Source: Armatimonadota bacterium
GTDB lineage: Bacteria; Armatimonadota; SYMT01
Reading direction: 5' to 3'
Length of the DNA: 64,000 nucleotides
Assembly: GCA_041690135.1 (NCBI GenBank)
Contig: JAWLHY010000008.1
Span: forward strand, 32,001-96,000
This document shows, in pieces, positions 38,886 through 47,898 of the stretch. The position numbers and the translations under genes are program-made. The notes beneath the pieces are model-generated. The model saw only the letters and a program-made list of their open reading frames with translations, was not told where the DNA came from and made no database searches. Positions within the stretch are counted from its first letter, which is position 1. Each line of letters begins with the position of its first letter.

Positions 38886-39376
38886 CAGGAGTCTCCTGAG
38901 ACATCCGGGGCCGATTGCTTACCAAGCTGCTCGGCCAGGCCGATGAGGATCCCCTCCGGGCCTCGCATGAAGCAGAGCCGGTAGAAGTCCCCATACTGTG
39001 CGATCTCGCGGACCAGCTCGGCGCCATGGCGGCGCAGGCGAGCCACCACATCGTCGAGGTTCTCCACGGCGAACATGATGCGGCGCAGGCCCAAGGCGTT
39101 CGCCGGTGCGCTTTCCGGCTCGGCTGGGATCGCCGGCGGCGTGTGGAACTTCGTCAACTCCACCCGGTTGTGGCCGTCCGGGGTCCGCATCATGGCGATG
39201 TCGGCGCGGACGCCGTCCAGCCCGATCACGCTGTCCACCCAGGGCCCCTCAACCGTCGTCTGGCCTTCCAGCTCCATACCGAGCTCGGCAAAGAACGCCT
39301 TGGCGCCCTCGAGGTTCTCGACCACGATGAGCACGTTGTCCATCCGCAGCAATCTGCTTTTCTCGCTCATTTCCAT
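38885..39376 (-). CDS. VOC family protein
   Basis: RMDNVLIVV, VELTKF, LGLRRIMFAV and RGPEGI..LAE; start and stop overlap both neighbours. Confidence 0.88.
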   Translation of the reverse strand: MEMSEKSRLLRMDNVLIVVENLEGAKAFFAELGMELEGQTTVEGPWVDSVIGLDGVRADIAMMRTPDGHNRVELTKFHTPPAIPAEPESAPANALGLRRIMFAVENLDDVVARLRRHGAELVREIAQYGDFYRLCFMRGPEGILIGLAEQLGKQSAPDVSGDS

Positions 39377-39792
39377 TATCCGTGGCATCGGTCCGCGGAG
39401 GGCGGCGCGGTCAGGAACGGTCGCACTTCCAACCACTCGTGGATCGGTTTTCCGCCGGCCCCCGGTGCTGCCGATAGCTCCCCGGCGAGCTCGATCGCGC
39501 GCTCGTAGCTGTCGACGTCGATCGCCATCCACCCGGCGATCAGCTCCTTCGTCTCGGCGAACGGTCCGTCGGTCACCGGCGGCCGCCCCTTGCCGTCGTA
39601 GCGGACCCACACGCCGTCGGGCGCCAGCGCCTGCGCGTCGACAAATTCGCCCGTGCTCTGGAGCCGCGCGGCGAAGTCTCTCATGAACTGGATGTGAGCC
39701 TCGAACTCGGCGGGCGTCCACTGGTCCATTGGGACATCGTTCTCGGGCGCCGGTGCTCCTCGGTAGTGCTTCAGTAACAGGTATCTGGCCAT
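39376..39792 (-). CDS. YciI (DGPF) family protein
   Basis: TDGPFAETKELIAGW and LEVRPF motifs. Confidence 0.9.
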   Translation of the reverse strand: MARYLLLKHYRGAPAPENDVPMDQWTPAEFEAHIQFMRDFAARLQSTGEFVDAQALAPDGVWVRYDGKGRPPVTDGPFAETKELIAGWMAIDVDSYERAIELAGELSAAPGAGGKPIHEWLEVRPFLTAPPSADRCHG

Positions 39793-40063
39793 CGTGTGCT
39801 CCTTGTCGGGATAGTGCTACGTCTTCGCAGGTGCCGAACCATAACCGCTACAGTTGGGCGAGTGAATTCGCGGCTACAAACGGCGAAGCCGACCTCCGTC
39901 GGCTGAGAACCCGGTAACGGTCATTCTTTGACGGATCCATAGTGTTGTCGTGCGGAGTGAGCCCGGATCGACAGGGAAGTGCCTGGGTTGGGAAAATTGT
40001 TTCCGATGCGTTTTCAAGGCCTGTGCCGGGGAGCGAACTGCGTCGTCCCGGCGAACCATTGGG

Positions 40064-40220
40064 TGCGTGGAAGAAACTGGGGAGCTACAGAAACCGTGGC
40101 GGGTGCGGTTGCCCGCCGTCCGCCACGGAATGGAATTCCGCGGCTATTGCAGAGTGAAACCCCTGTGGGGTTGGCGCAGCACAATAGCGGTTCAAATCTG
40201 CGCAGTTACTTCCTCCTACC
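40064..40220. repeat. ~155-bp dispersed element, copy 1 (copy 2 at 43597-43752)
   Basis: shared CCGCCACGGAATGGAATTCC, GTGAAACCCCT..GGGTTGG and TTACTTCC blocks in the same order. Confidence 0.75.
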
Positions 40221-40298
40221 CCTTGTCCGGCTCGCGGTTTTGCAAGCCTCCTGGACAACCAGCACCGCCCGGACAGATCCGCATCGGGATGATCGCCA

Positions 40299-41003
40299 TC
40301 ATCCGGCTGCACGGTCGTCTTCGGATGCGGGCGGCTCGGGTGCTCGGAGCACGTACCCCTGCCCGTAAACGGTGTGGATCAGGCGGAGGGCGTGGCCGTC
40401 GTCCACCTTCTGACGGAGGTGCCGGATGCGGACGGCGGTCGTGTTCGAATAACTCTCATCGTCGTTCCAGACCCGCTCCTGGAAATACTCGCGCGAGAGC
40501 ACCCGTCCCTCGTTGCGAGCCAGCGCCTCCAGGAGTGTGTACTCCCGCGGCGTAAGCGGGATCTCCCGGCCGGAGCGACTCACGCGCCGCGCCTCGGTGT
40601 CGATCTCCAGATCAGCGATCCGGATGAGCCGTGTCCGGTGGACCGCCGCGCGGCGGACGAGCGCCCGCACCCGAACCCGCAGCTCCGGCAGCGCGAACGG
40701 CTTGGGCAGGTAGTCGTCCGCGCCAAGGTCGAACCCCCGGATCCGGTCCTCCAGGGCACCGCGGGCGGTCAGCATCAGGATCGGCGTCGTATCGCGGCGC
40801 CGCCGGAGGGTCTTGCACACCCCCCAGCCGTCGACGCCGGGGAGCATCAGGTCCAGGATGATGGCGGCATACTGCCGCTCCTGGGCCAATGCCAGCGCCT
40901 CTACGCCGTCGCGAGCCCAATCGACGGTGTAGCGCGCCTCTTCCAGGTTCTCCCGGGTCCGGCAGGCGAGCGCCGCTTCATCTTCGACGAGTAGTAGACG
41001 CAT
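40299..41003 (-). CDS. OmpR/PhoB family response regulator
   Basis: LLLVEDE, ILDLMLPG, LTAR, GADDYLPKPF, LTPREY and IHTVYGQGY motifs. Confidence 0.93.
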   Translation of the reverse strand: MRLLLVEDEAALACRTRENLEEARYTVDWARDGVEALALAQERQYAAIILDLMLPGVDGWGVCKTLRRRRDTTPILMLTARGALEDRIRGFDLGADDYLPKPFALPELRVRVRALVRRAAVHRTRLIRIADLEIDTEARRVSRSGREIPLTPREYTLLEALARNEGRVLSREYFQERVWNDDESYSNTTAVRIRHLRQKVDDGHALRLIHTVYGQGYVLRAPEPPASEDDRAAG

Positions 41004-41046
41004 CCGGCTTCCCCGCTTTGGGAGCCGATCCGAAAAGGGTCGGCAT

Positions 41047-41229
41047 CTATCCCCCGTGTCCCGGTTTCAACGCAACGCCCGGCGCGGGTCGCGCATGGAC
41101 CCGGTCGGCGGCCTTCCGGGCCTCCTCCATGTCGATGTCGTGGTTCGGATGATGGCCACAGCCGGAGAACGCCCCGAGAAGCGTTCCCGACAGGAGCAGC
41201 GCCGCTCCGCACATGATCCAGGCACGCAT
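41047..41229 (-). CDS. small putative lipoprotein (60 aa)
   Basis: AAGGAG RBS, hydrophobic leader and FSGC lipobox; lies between the prepilin and RR genes. Confidence 0.6.
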   Translation of the reverse strand: MRAWIMCGAALLLSGTLLGAFSGCGHHPNHDIDMEEARKAADRVHARPAPGVALKPGHGG

Positions 41230-41263
41230 GATACTATCTCCTTTCTTCCACCGGGCCGCTTCT

Positions 41264-42016
41264 CTACTTGAATGGGTAGTGCAGGTTGGTCGAGGCGTCG
41301 CCCCACGTCTTCGCGAACGGCAGCGTTGCGACATGGCCGTCGAGGAACAGATAGGCGGCGACGTCGCCTACGTACCGCCGCGGTTAGATCTGGACCGCGA
41401 CCATCAGGTCGTCATACGCACGGGGAAGATCTGATGGTCCCCGGTCCAGCGGCGGGTTGCAGAACTTCCACCAGAAGTACTCGTCCAGCGGATCGTGGTT
41501 CGGGCCGATCGTAAGGACGTCGAGATCGGTGCGGTCGGTGAGATAGATCGCCTCCGCCGGCCTGCCGATCTTCGCCAGCGGCCAGCCGGGGGCCAGCTCG
41601 GCGTTTAGAGCGAAGCTGGTCAGGCCCCGGTCCGACCGGCGGTCCTCGGGGCTGTACCAGACTGCTGAAATCGCGAGATACGGCTTTAGAAGCGAGGGAA
41701 GATCGCCGCCCTCCACCTTCCAAAAGAACGCCCGGTATCCGTTCCAGAGCGGCCACCGGCTCGGTAGATGTTCGTCGTAGTCGGCGCTATACATCAGCCG
41801 GGCGGCACCGATCTGCTTGAGGTGGTTGAGGGCGGTCGACTTCCGAGCGCTTGCACGCGCCTGCGTGAAGACCGGGAAGAGGATCCCGGCCAGGACCGAG
41901 ACGATGGCGATCACAACCAGCAGCTCGATGAGGGTGAACCCGGCAGGACGGCTGCGCCAGCGACGCCCGTAGAGTCGGCCCCACTCGGTCCGTGGAAGGA
42001 AAGCGAACGGCAACAT
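41264..42016 (-). pseudogene. prepilin-type N-methylation / H-X9-DG-type (DUF1559-like) protein with internal TAA
   Basis: [21 protein letters not shown]; in-frame TAA at 41384-41386, after which YLFLDGHV continues to TAG at 41264. Confidence 0.8.
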
Positions 42017-42217
42017 GGTCCTTCTCCGACCGGCGAATCCGGTCCCCGCGGCCCGCGCTCCCCGCGGCCAGGTGCCGGGGAAGCCGAACCGGTGACCTCA
42101 GCGTAGCCGGGGAAGATGACGGAAAAGTGATGGCACGGCGTCTGCTGTCGGTGGCGATCACCGTTGGAAGAGGTAGTCGACGCCATTCAAGGACGCCAAG
42201 AGGAAGGAAGGAGAGCA

Positions 42218-42523
42218 ATGCACCTGGTTCAGATCTTTCTCCCCCTTTACGACAACAAGGGCCGGGAGCTTCCCCGCGAGCTTTACGGGGAGGTGCGGCG
42301 AGAACTCGTCGAGCGGTTCGGCGGGTTGACGGCATTCACGCGGGCGCCCGTGACCGGGCTCTGGGAGGACGCGGGGGAGACAGTCCGGGATGAGCTGGTC
42401 ATCTTTGAGGTGATGGTCGATGTTCTGGAACCTGAGTGGTGGTCAGAATACCGGGCGGAATTGGAGTGCCGTTTCCAGCAGGAAGAGGTAGTGGTCCGGG
42501 CGCAGGAGATCCGGCGGCTTTGA
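42218..42523 (+). CDS. hypothetical protein
   Basis: GGAGAG RBS; MHLVQIFLPLYDN..G, FGGLTAF and W...R..LE..F.Q patterns. Confidence 0.75.
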   Translation: MHLVQIFLPLYDNKGRELPRELYGEVRRELVERFGGLTAFTRAPVTGLWEDAGETVRDELVIFEVMVDVLEPEWWSEYRAELECRFQQEEVVVRAQEIRRL

Positions 42524-42695
42524 GTTGGGGGTGTGACTGTGGGCGCAGTAGGTGTGATGAGCGGCGGTTTCGATGGATCACTATGGTGCGCATGCCGTGC
42601 TTTGGTGGGTGTCGCTTGCGGGTGCGAACTCCGCTCTATGCGGGGCGCGAGTTTACCCAGCGAAGTACACCTGACGAAGCATGGGGCATAGGGCG

Positions 42696-43018
42696 ATCCC
42701 CCTGGTGACCGCAGTGGGTCTCGATCCCCGTAGGTTACCTTCCGGCCTCGGGGCTTCGCAGCGAATTCTGCAAAGCGGGCGAGTGGGGACAAAGATGGCG
42801 GCGCGGAAGGCAGGGGGATTGCCCTATGCTGCGCCGGGTAAACTCGCAAGCCTGCCCGGCGCAGCATAGGGTCGCTAAGGCTCCTTCGCAATGACGCCGT
42901 TTCCCTCTCGGTCCCGGCTACGCCGGGTTAGGGGTGAGTGCAAGTAGCTGCGAAGGTATGGTTTCCCATCACTCGGCCGACACCCCACCCACTGCGTGGG
43001 TACCCGGTGGGTACCCGG
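42696..43018. repeat. cluster of repeat/palindromic elements
   Basis: copy 2 of the 21395 element (42696-42805), hairpin 42822-42871, cccggctacgccggg palindrome near 42913-42927 and ACCCAC/GTGGGTACCCGG unit 42987-43018. Confidence 0.7.
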
Positions 43019-43077
43019 CGCCGTCACTCCGCCAAGCCGCGCTGACCTGGGTGGAGAAACAGGATCGCGCCGGGTGG

Positions 43078-43575
43078 TCAATCTCCGTTCAGTTCTCTAT
43101 CCTTTAACCGCTTCAGGGCGTCGACCTGGCAGGTTTGTTCGGGGCCTGACCCTGCTTTCCGGACAAGAATCGTCGCGGTACCGAAATCGACTCCCAGAGC
43201 CAGGAGCACGCCAATCGCAAAAGTACCCGTGCGGCCGATGCCCGCTCCGCAATGGACCAGAAGGGAGTCTCCCTCGCGCAGCGCGGTGGCGGCCCGGCGA
43301 GTCATCCGGGCGAAGGCGTCGTCCGGGGGAGCCCCGAAGTCCGGGATGGGCAAACTCCAGATCTCACAGGGGCATTCGCCGGCCTCGAGTGCCGTCGCGT
43401 AGCCTGGGGACGTTTTCCGGACTTCGGTATCCGGGGCGAGGCAGACGATCGTGCGAATACCGAGGCGGTGGACTTGCTCCCAGCTCTCCTCCAGCGGATC
43501 GTAACGTCCGGGCATGCTGTGCAGATAGAGTTGCCCGGTCACCCCGTCCGACAGTTTCACCTGTCGAAATTCCAT
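43078..43575 (-). CDS. dual-specificity/protein-tyrosine phosphatase (Cys form)
   Basis: GIRTIVCL, PIPDFGAP, LVHCGAGIGRTG and PEQTCQ motifs. Confidence 0.92.
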   Translation of the reverse strand: MEFRQVKLSDGVTGQLYLHSMPGRYDPLEESWEQVHRLGIRTIVCLAPDTEVRKTSPGYATALEAGECPCEIWSLPIPDFGAPPDDAFARMTRRAATALREGDSLLVHCGAGIGRTGTFAIGVLLALGVDFGTATILVRKAGSGPEQTCQVDALKRLKDRELNGD

Positions 43576-43596
43576 GGTTTATCACCTGCGAAGGAC

Positions 43597-43873
43597 TGCG
43601 TGGGAGAAATGAGCAGTTTCAGGAACCGGAACAGATGCGGCTCACCTCCGCCCGCCACGGAATGGAATTCCCCGGCTACTTCAGTGTGAAACCCCTCCAG
43701 GGTTGGTGTGGCACAAGACCGGTCCAGATCTGGGCATTTACTTCCCACTACCTATTATTGGGTCAAATCCCCTGCGGGTTGCTACTTTGTCGGTGGGAGC
43801 GGACCCCCACAAGGCAACACGGGTACAAGCCCAAAGCCAGGCGGGGACAGAGATCCCACCCTACATTTACAGG
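43597..43873. repeat. copy 2 of the 40064 element plus a copy of the 1934-1998 REP-like arm
   Basis: direct sequence similarity within the window. Confidence 0.7.
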
Positions 43874-44026
43874 CGTGGTGGCATCACCCTTCCGGTAAGG
43901 CTACTGATCCAGGTGATGGATCCCGCCGGGGGCAGGGCGGAGCGTCGGGTGGGGAGGTGGTCACAGGCCGCGCCGAGAATGGGAGTTACGCTGAATATCT
44001 GGATGTGGAGGGTTGGTCGCGGTCCG

Positions 44027-46141
44027 ATGAGTCTCTCACTTTTCCGCAGTGCTGCGGCGATACTACCGATCTCCGGGCTGGTGCTGGTCGCCGCCCAGCC
44101 TTCCGTCCGGGCGCAGGGCACCCAGTTTCGACCGCCGGCCGTGCCGCTGGCAACGCACGATCCGTACTTGAGTGTCTGGTCCACGCGGGACCGGCTGGGG
44201 GAGGACTGGCCGCGCCATTGGACGGGCGCTATCCATGCGATGTGCGGGATGGTCCGTATCGATGGGAAGCCGTTCCGGTTCATGGGGGCCGCGCCGCAGG
44301 GGCTGCCGGAGTTGCCGCAGATGAGCGTGGAGGTGCTGCCGACCCGCACCCTTTACCGTTTCGAGACCGGCGGGGTGCGCCTGGGGGTTACCTTTACCAC
44401 GCCGGCGTTGCCGCACGACCTGGACCTGCTGTCCCGGCCGGTCACCTACGTCACCTGGGACGTGCAGGCGACGGACGGCAAGCAGCACCAGGTTTCCGTG
44501 TACTTCGACGCGACGGGCGAATGGGTGGTGAACCAGGCGTCGCAGCCGGTGGCGTGGTCTCGTCCGCAGGTGGAGGGGCTGGACGTGATGCGGATCGGCT
44601 CGCAGGAGCAGCCGGTCCTCGCAAAGGCCGGGGACAATCTCCGGATCGACTGGGGGCACCTCTACGTGGCCCGCCCGAACCGGGACGCCGGGGAGGAGGT
44701 CATCGCCAGCGACCGCACCGCGCGGGAGGCGTTCGTCGCGGCCGGAGATCTTCCGGATGCGGACGATACCCGCCAGCCGCGGCCCGCTTCCCAGGAGTGG
44801 CCGGTTCTTGCCGCGACCTTCGACTTCGGCGAGGTGGGCCGGAAGGCAGAGTCGCAGCACCTGCTCCTCGCCTACGACGACCTTTACTCCATCGAGCACA
44901 TGGGGCGGAAGCTGCGCCCCTGGTGGCGGCGCGGCGGCGAGACCGCCGAAGGGTTGCTGCGGACCGCGGAACGGGAGTACCGGGATCTCGCCAGGCGGTG
45001 CAGCCGCTACGACGCGGACCTGATGCGCGACCTCCGCGCGGCCGGCGGCGAGAAGTACGCGGAGTTGGCGGCCCTCTCGTTCCGGCAGTGCCTGGCCGCC
45101 CATAAGCTGGCGGCGGGCGCGGACGGCACGCCCCTCTCCTTCTCCAAGGAGAACTTCAGCAACGGCTGTATCGCTACCGTGGACGTGACATACCCGTCGT
45201 CGCCTTTCTTCCTGCTCTTGAACCCCACGCTGCTCAAGGGGCAGCTCATCCCCATACTGGACTACGCGCAGTCACCGCGGTGGCGCTTCCCGTTTGCGCC
45301 GCATGACCTGGGCACCTATCCGAAGGCGAACGGCCAGGTCTACGGCGGCGGGGAGCGGTCCGAAGAGAACCAGATGCCCGTGGAAGAGTGCGGGAATATG
45401 CTGGTCATGGTGGCGGCCCTCGCAAAGGTGGAAGGTCACGCCCGCTTCGCGGAGCGCTACTGGCCGGTGCTCACGCGGTGGGCGAATTACCTGCGGGAGA
45501 AGGGCCTGGACCCGGAGAACCAGCTCTGCACGGACGACTTCGCGGGTCACCTGGCGCACAACGCGAACCTGTCGCTCAAAGCCATCGAGGGGATCGGCGG
45601 TTATGCAATGCTGTGCGAGATGCTGGGCAAGCGGGAGGAGGCCGCTGCTTACCGCAAGACTGCCGCGGAGATGGCCCGGCAGTGGGTCGTCCTCGCGAAG
45701 GACGGCGACCACTACCGGCTCACGTTCGACCGTCCGGGCACGTGGAGCCAGAAGTATAACCTGGTCTGGGACCGGATCCTGGGTCTCGACCTCTTCCCGC
45801 CGGCAGTCGCGCGGACAGAGATCGCCTACTACCTGAAGCGCCAGAACCGGTACGGTTTGCCGCTGGACAGCCGGAAGGGGTACACCAAGCTGGACTGGAT
45901 CGTGTGGAGCGCCACGATGGCGGAGAAGCGGGCCGACTTCGAGGCGCTGATCGCGCCGGTCCATCGATTCGCCCACGAGACCCCGAACCGGGTGCCCCTT
46001 ACGGATTGGTATGAGACGACGGACGGCAAGCAGGTGGGCTTCCAGGCACGATCGGTGGTCGGCGGCGTGTTCATCAAGCTCCTGTCGGAGCCGAAGCTGC
46101 GGAAGCGGTGGGTTCAACGGGCTGCTTCAGTTTCGTGGTGA
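44027..46141 (+). CDS. glutaminase A-like / DUF5127-DUF4965-DUF1793 secreted protein
   Basis: RPPAVPL..DPYLSVW, SKENFSNGC..TVDV, HDLG.YP, MPVEECGNM, QLCTDDFAG, KYNL, KLDW and ARSVVGG motifs. Confidence 0.88.
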   Translation: MSLSLFRSAAAILPISGLVLVAAQPSVRAQGTQFRPPAVPLATHDPYLSVWSTRDRLGEDWPRHWTGAIHAMCGMVRIDGKPFRFMGAAPQGLPELPQMSVEVLPTRTLYRFETGGVRLGVTFTTPALPHDLDLLSRPVTYVTWDVQATDGKQHQVSVYFDATGEWVVNQASQPVAWSRPQVEGLDVMRIGSQEQPVLAKAGDNLRIDWGHLYVARPNRDAGEEVIASDRTAREAFVAAGDLPDADDTRQPRPASQEWPVLAATFDFGEVGRKAESQHLLLAYDDLYSIEHMGRKLRPWWRRGGETAEGLLRTAEREYRDLARRCSRYDADLMRDLRAAGGEKYAELAALSFRQCLAAHKLAAGADGTPLSFSKENFSNGCIATVDVTYPSSPFFLLLNPTLLKGQLIPILDYAQSPRWRFPFAPHDLGTYPKANGQVYGGGERSEENQMPVEECGNMLVMVAALAKVEGHARFAERYWPVLTRWANYLREKGLDPENQLCTDDFAGHLAHNANLSLKAIEGIGGYAMLCEMLGKREEAAAYRKTAAEMARQWVVLAKDGDHYRLTFDRPGTWSQKYNLVWDRILGLDLFPPAVARTEIAYYLKRQNRYGLPLDSRKGYTKLDWIVWSATMAEKRADFEALIAPVHRFAHETPNRVPLTDWYETTDGKQVGFQARSVVGGVFIKLLSEPKLRKRWVQRAASVSW

Positions 46142-46178
46142 TAGTGAACCCGGTAAGGCCGTTTGCCAGGAGTTTGGA

Positions 46179-47471
46179 ATGACCAACCGCCGCACGCTCT
46201 TGCAGACCGGGGCCGTCGCCGCCGAAGCGCTGCTCCGCCCGGATCGGTTCGCCCTGGGCGCCAGCATCGATCCTGGCCATCTTCCGAAGGATGGGTCGGA
46301 TCCGGAGGGGATGCCAGAGGGGGAGAAAGAGGGGCCGCCAATCGAAAAGACAGGCTCCGATGTCGGTTCGCTCTTTCCGTTCATCCAGAGCCAGGTGACG
46401 CAAGCGCCCTCACTGTCTTTTCTGCGGGAGGAGTTCGCGGACCGTGCGGCCTGGCAACACCGGGCCCGGAAGCAACTGCTGGATCTGCTCCACTACGCGC
46501 CTCCGGCCTGCGAACCGGCTCCGGAGGTGGTGGAGAAGGTCGACCGCGGAGATTACGTACAGGAGAAGGTCCTCTTCAACACCACGCCGGACCTGCGGGT
46601 GCCGGCTTACGTCCTCGTGCCCAAGGGAGCGAGGCGGCCCTTGCCGGGTATCGTGGCGCTCCATGACCACGGCGGTTTCTATCTCTGGGGCAAGGCGAAA
46701 CTGGTGGAGGCGCCGGCGGAGCACACAACGCTCCAGGAGTTCAAGCGCCGCTACTACGCGGGCCGGAGCATCGCTTCCGATCTGGCCCGGCAGGGCTACG
46801 TGGTGGCCGTTATCGACATGTTTTACTGGGGCGAGCGGCGCATGCTCCTGGACGACGATCCGGCCGACTGGCGCGACCGGCCGCTCGACATGCCGGCGGA
46901 GCGGGTCGCTGCCTTCAATCGCCGCGCCGGACAGAGTGAGTCCCTGGTGGGGCGGACCATCTTCGCCGCAGGGTTCACCTGGCCCGGAGTGATGTTTTGG
47001 GATGATCGGCGCACAGTAGACTACCTCGTCAGCCGCCCGGAAGTCGACCCCAACCGGATCGGGTGTGTCGGGCTCTCTGTCGGAGGCCTGCGCTCCTGCC
47101 ACCTGGCAGCCTTGGACCCGCGCATCAAAGCGGCGGTCGTGGTGGGCTGGATGACTTCCTTCCCTGCCCAACTCAAAAAGCATGTGGTTCACACGATCGG
47201 CCACACCAAGCTGGTACCGGGTCTCTACCGCCACCTCGACTATCCGGATGTTGCTTCCCTGGCGATGCCTACGGCCCTGTTGGTGATCAACGGGAGTCAG
47301 GACCGGCTGTTCGACCCGGAAGGAGTCCGCAGCAGCTTCGGTACGCTGGCAGCGTGCTATCGCAAAGCCGGCATCTCGGACCGCGTCCGGACGCGCCTGT
47401 ATGATACCCCTCACGTGTTCAACGCAGACATGCAGGCGGAAGCATGGGAATGGCTGCGCCGGTGGATCTAG
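46179..47471 (+). CDS. dienelactone hydrolase / alpha-beta hydrolase with TAT-like leader
   Basis: NRRTLL, LHDHGG, GLSVGG nucleophile elbow, D(RLF) and PH(VF). Confidence 0.87.
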   Translation: MTNRRTLLQTGAVAAEALLRPDRFALGASIDPGHLPKDGSDPEGMPEGEKEGPPIEKTGSDVGSLFPFIQSQVTQAPSLSFLREEFADRAAWQHRARKQLLDLLHYAPPACEPAPEVVEKVDRGDYVQEKVLFNTTPDLRVPAYVLVPKGARRPLPGIVALHDHGGFYLWGKAKLVEAPAEHTTLQEFKRRYYAGRSIASDLARQGYVVAVIDMFYWGERRMLLDDDPADWRDRPLDMPAERVAAFNRRAGQSESLVGRTIFAAGFTWPGVMFWDDRRTVDYLVSRPEVDPNRIGCVGLSVGGLRSCHLAALDPRIKAAVVVGWMTSFPAQLKKHVVHTIGHTKLVPGLYRHLDYPDVASLAMPTALLVINGSQDRLFDPEGVRSSFGTLAACYRKAGISDRVRTRLYDTPHVFNADMQAEAWEWLRRWI

Positions 47472-47898
47472 GCGCGTGGTCAGGTTCCAGGTTCGTTTCC
47501 GACACAGATGGACACAGCGCGGCAGAGCCGCAACCCAATCAAGCCGCCAAGAGCGCCGAGACGAAGGTAGCGGCAAAGCGAAGCTTTGTCGGCTGAATGA
47601 GACTTGAAGTCGGGGAGACGGGGGCAGGGTCACGAGGGACTGTGGCGCTGGTGGATGGTAGGTTGGCGGGGCGGGAGCCGGGGGCAGGGTCGCAAGAGTG
47701 CCGATGCAATCGGCGTCTCCACACTAACGGTCCGAACAGGCGTAGGTTTGGCGAGGCGGGACGCGGAGATCATCGCCGCCATGTACAGGCAGGTGTCTCC
47801 CGAAAGCGAGCCGGGGAGGCGTTTGCTGGAAGAGCTAAGCGAGGTTGAGGATGTCCCTGTGCGGATGGCGGCCCTCCATGCGAAAGCCTCCGCCCTGT

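Noticed and set aside
41384-41386. recoded stop in the prepilin-like gene
   Set aside because: the codon is TAA and is not at a Cys-like position
37775-43900. intact prophage or integrative element at tRNA-Gly
   Set aside because: no integrase, transposase, phage genes or duplicated tRNA 3' end found in the window
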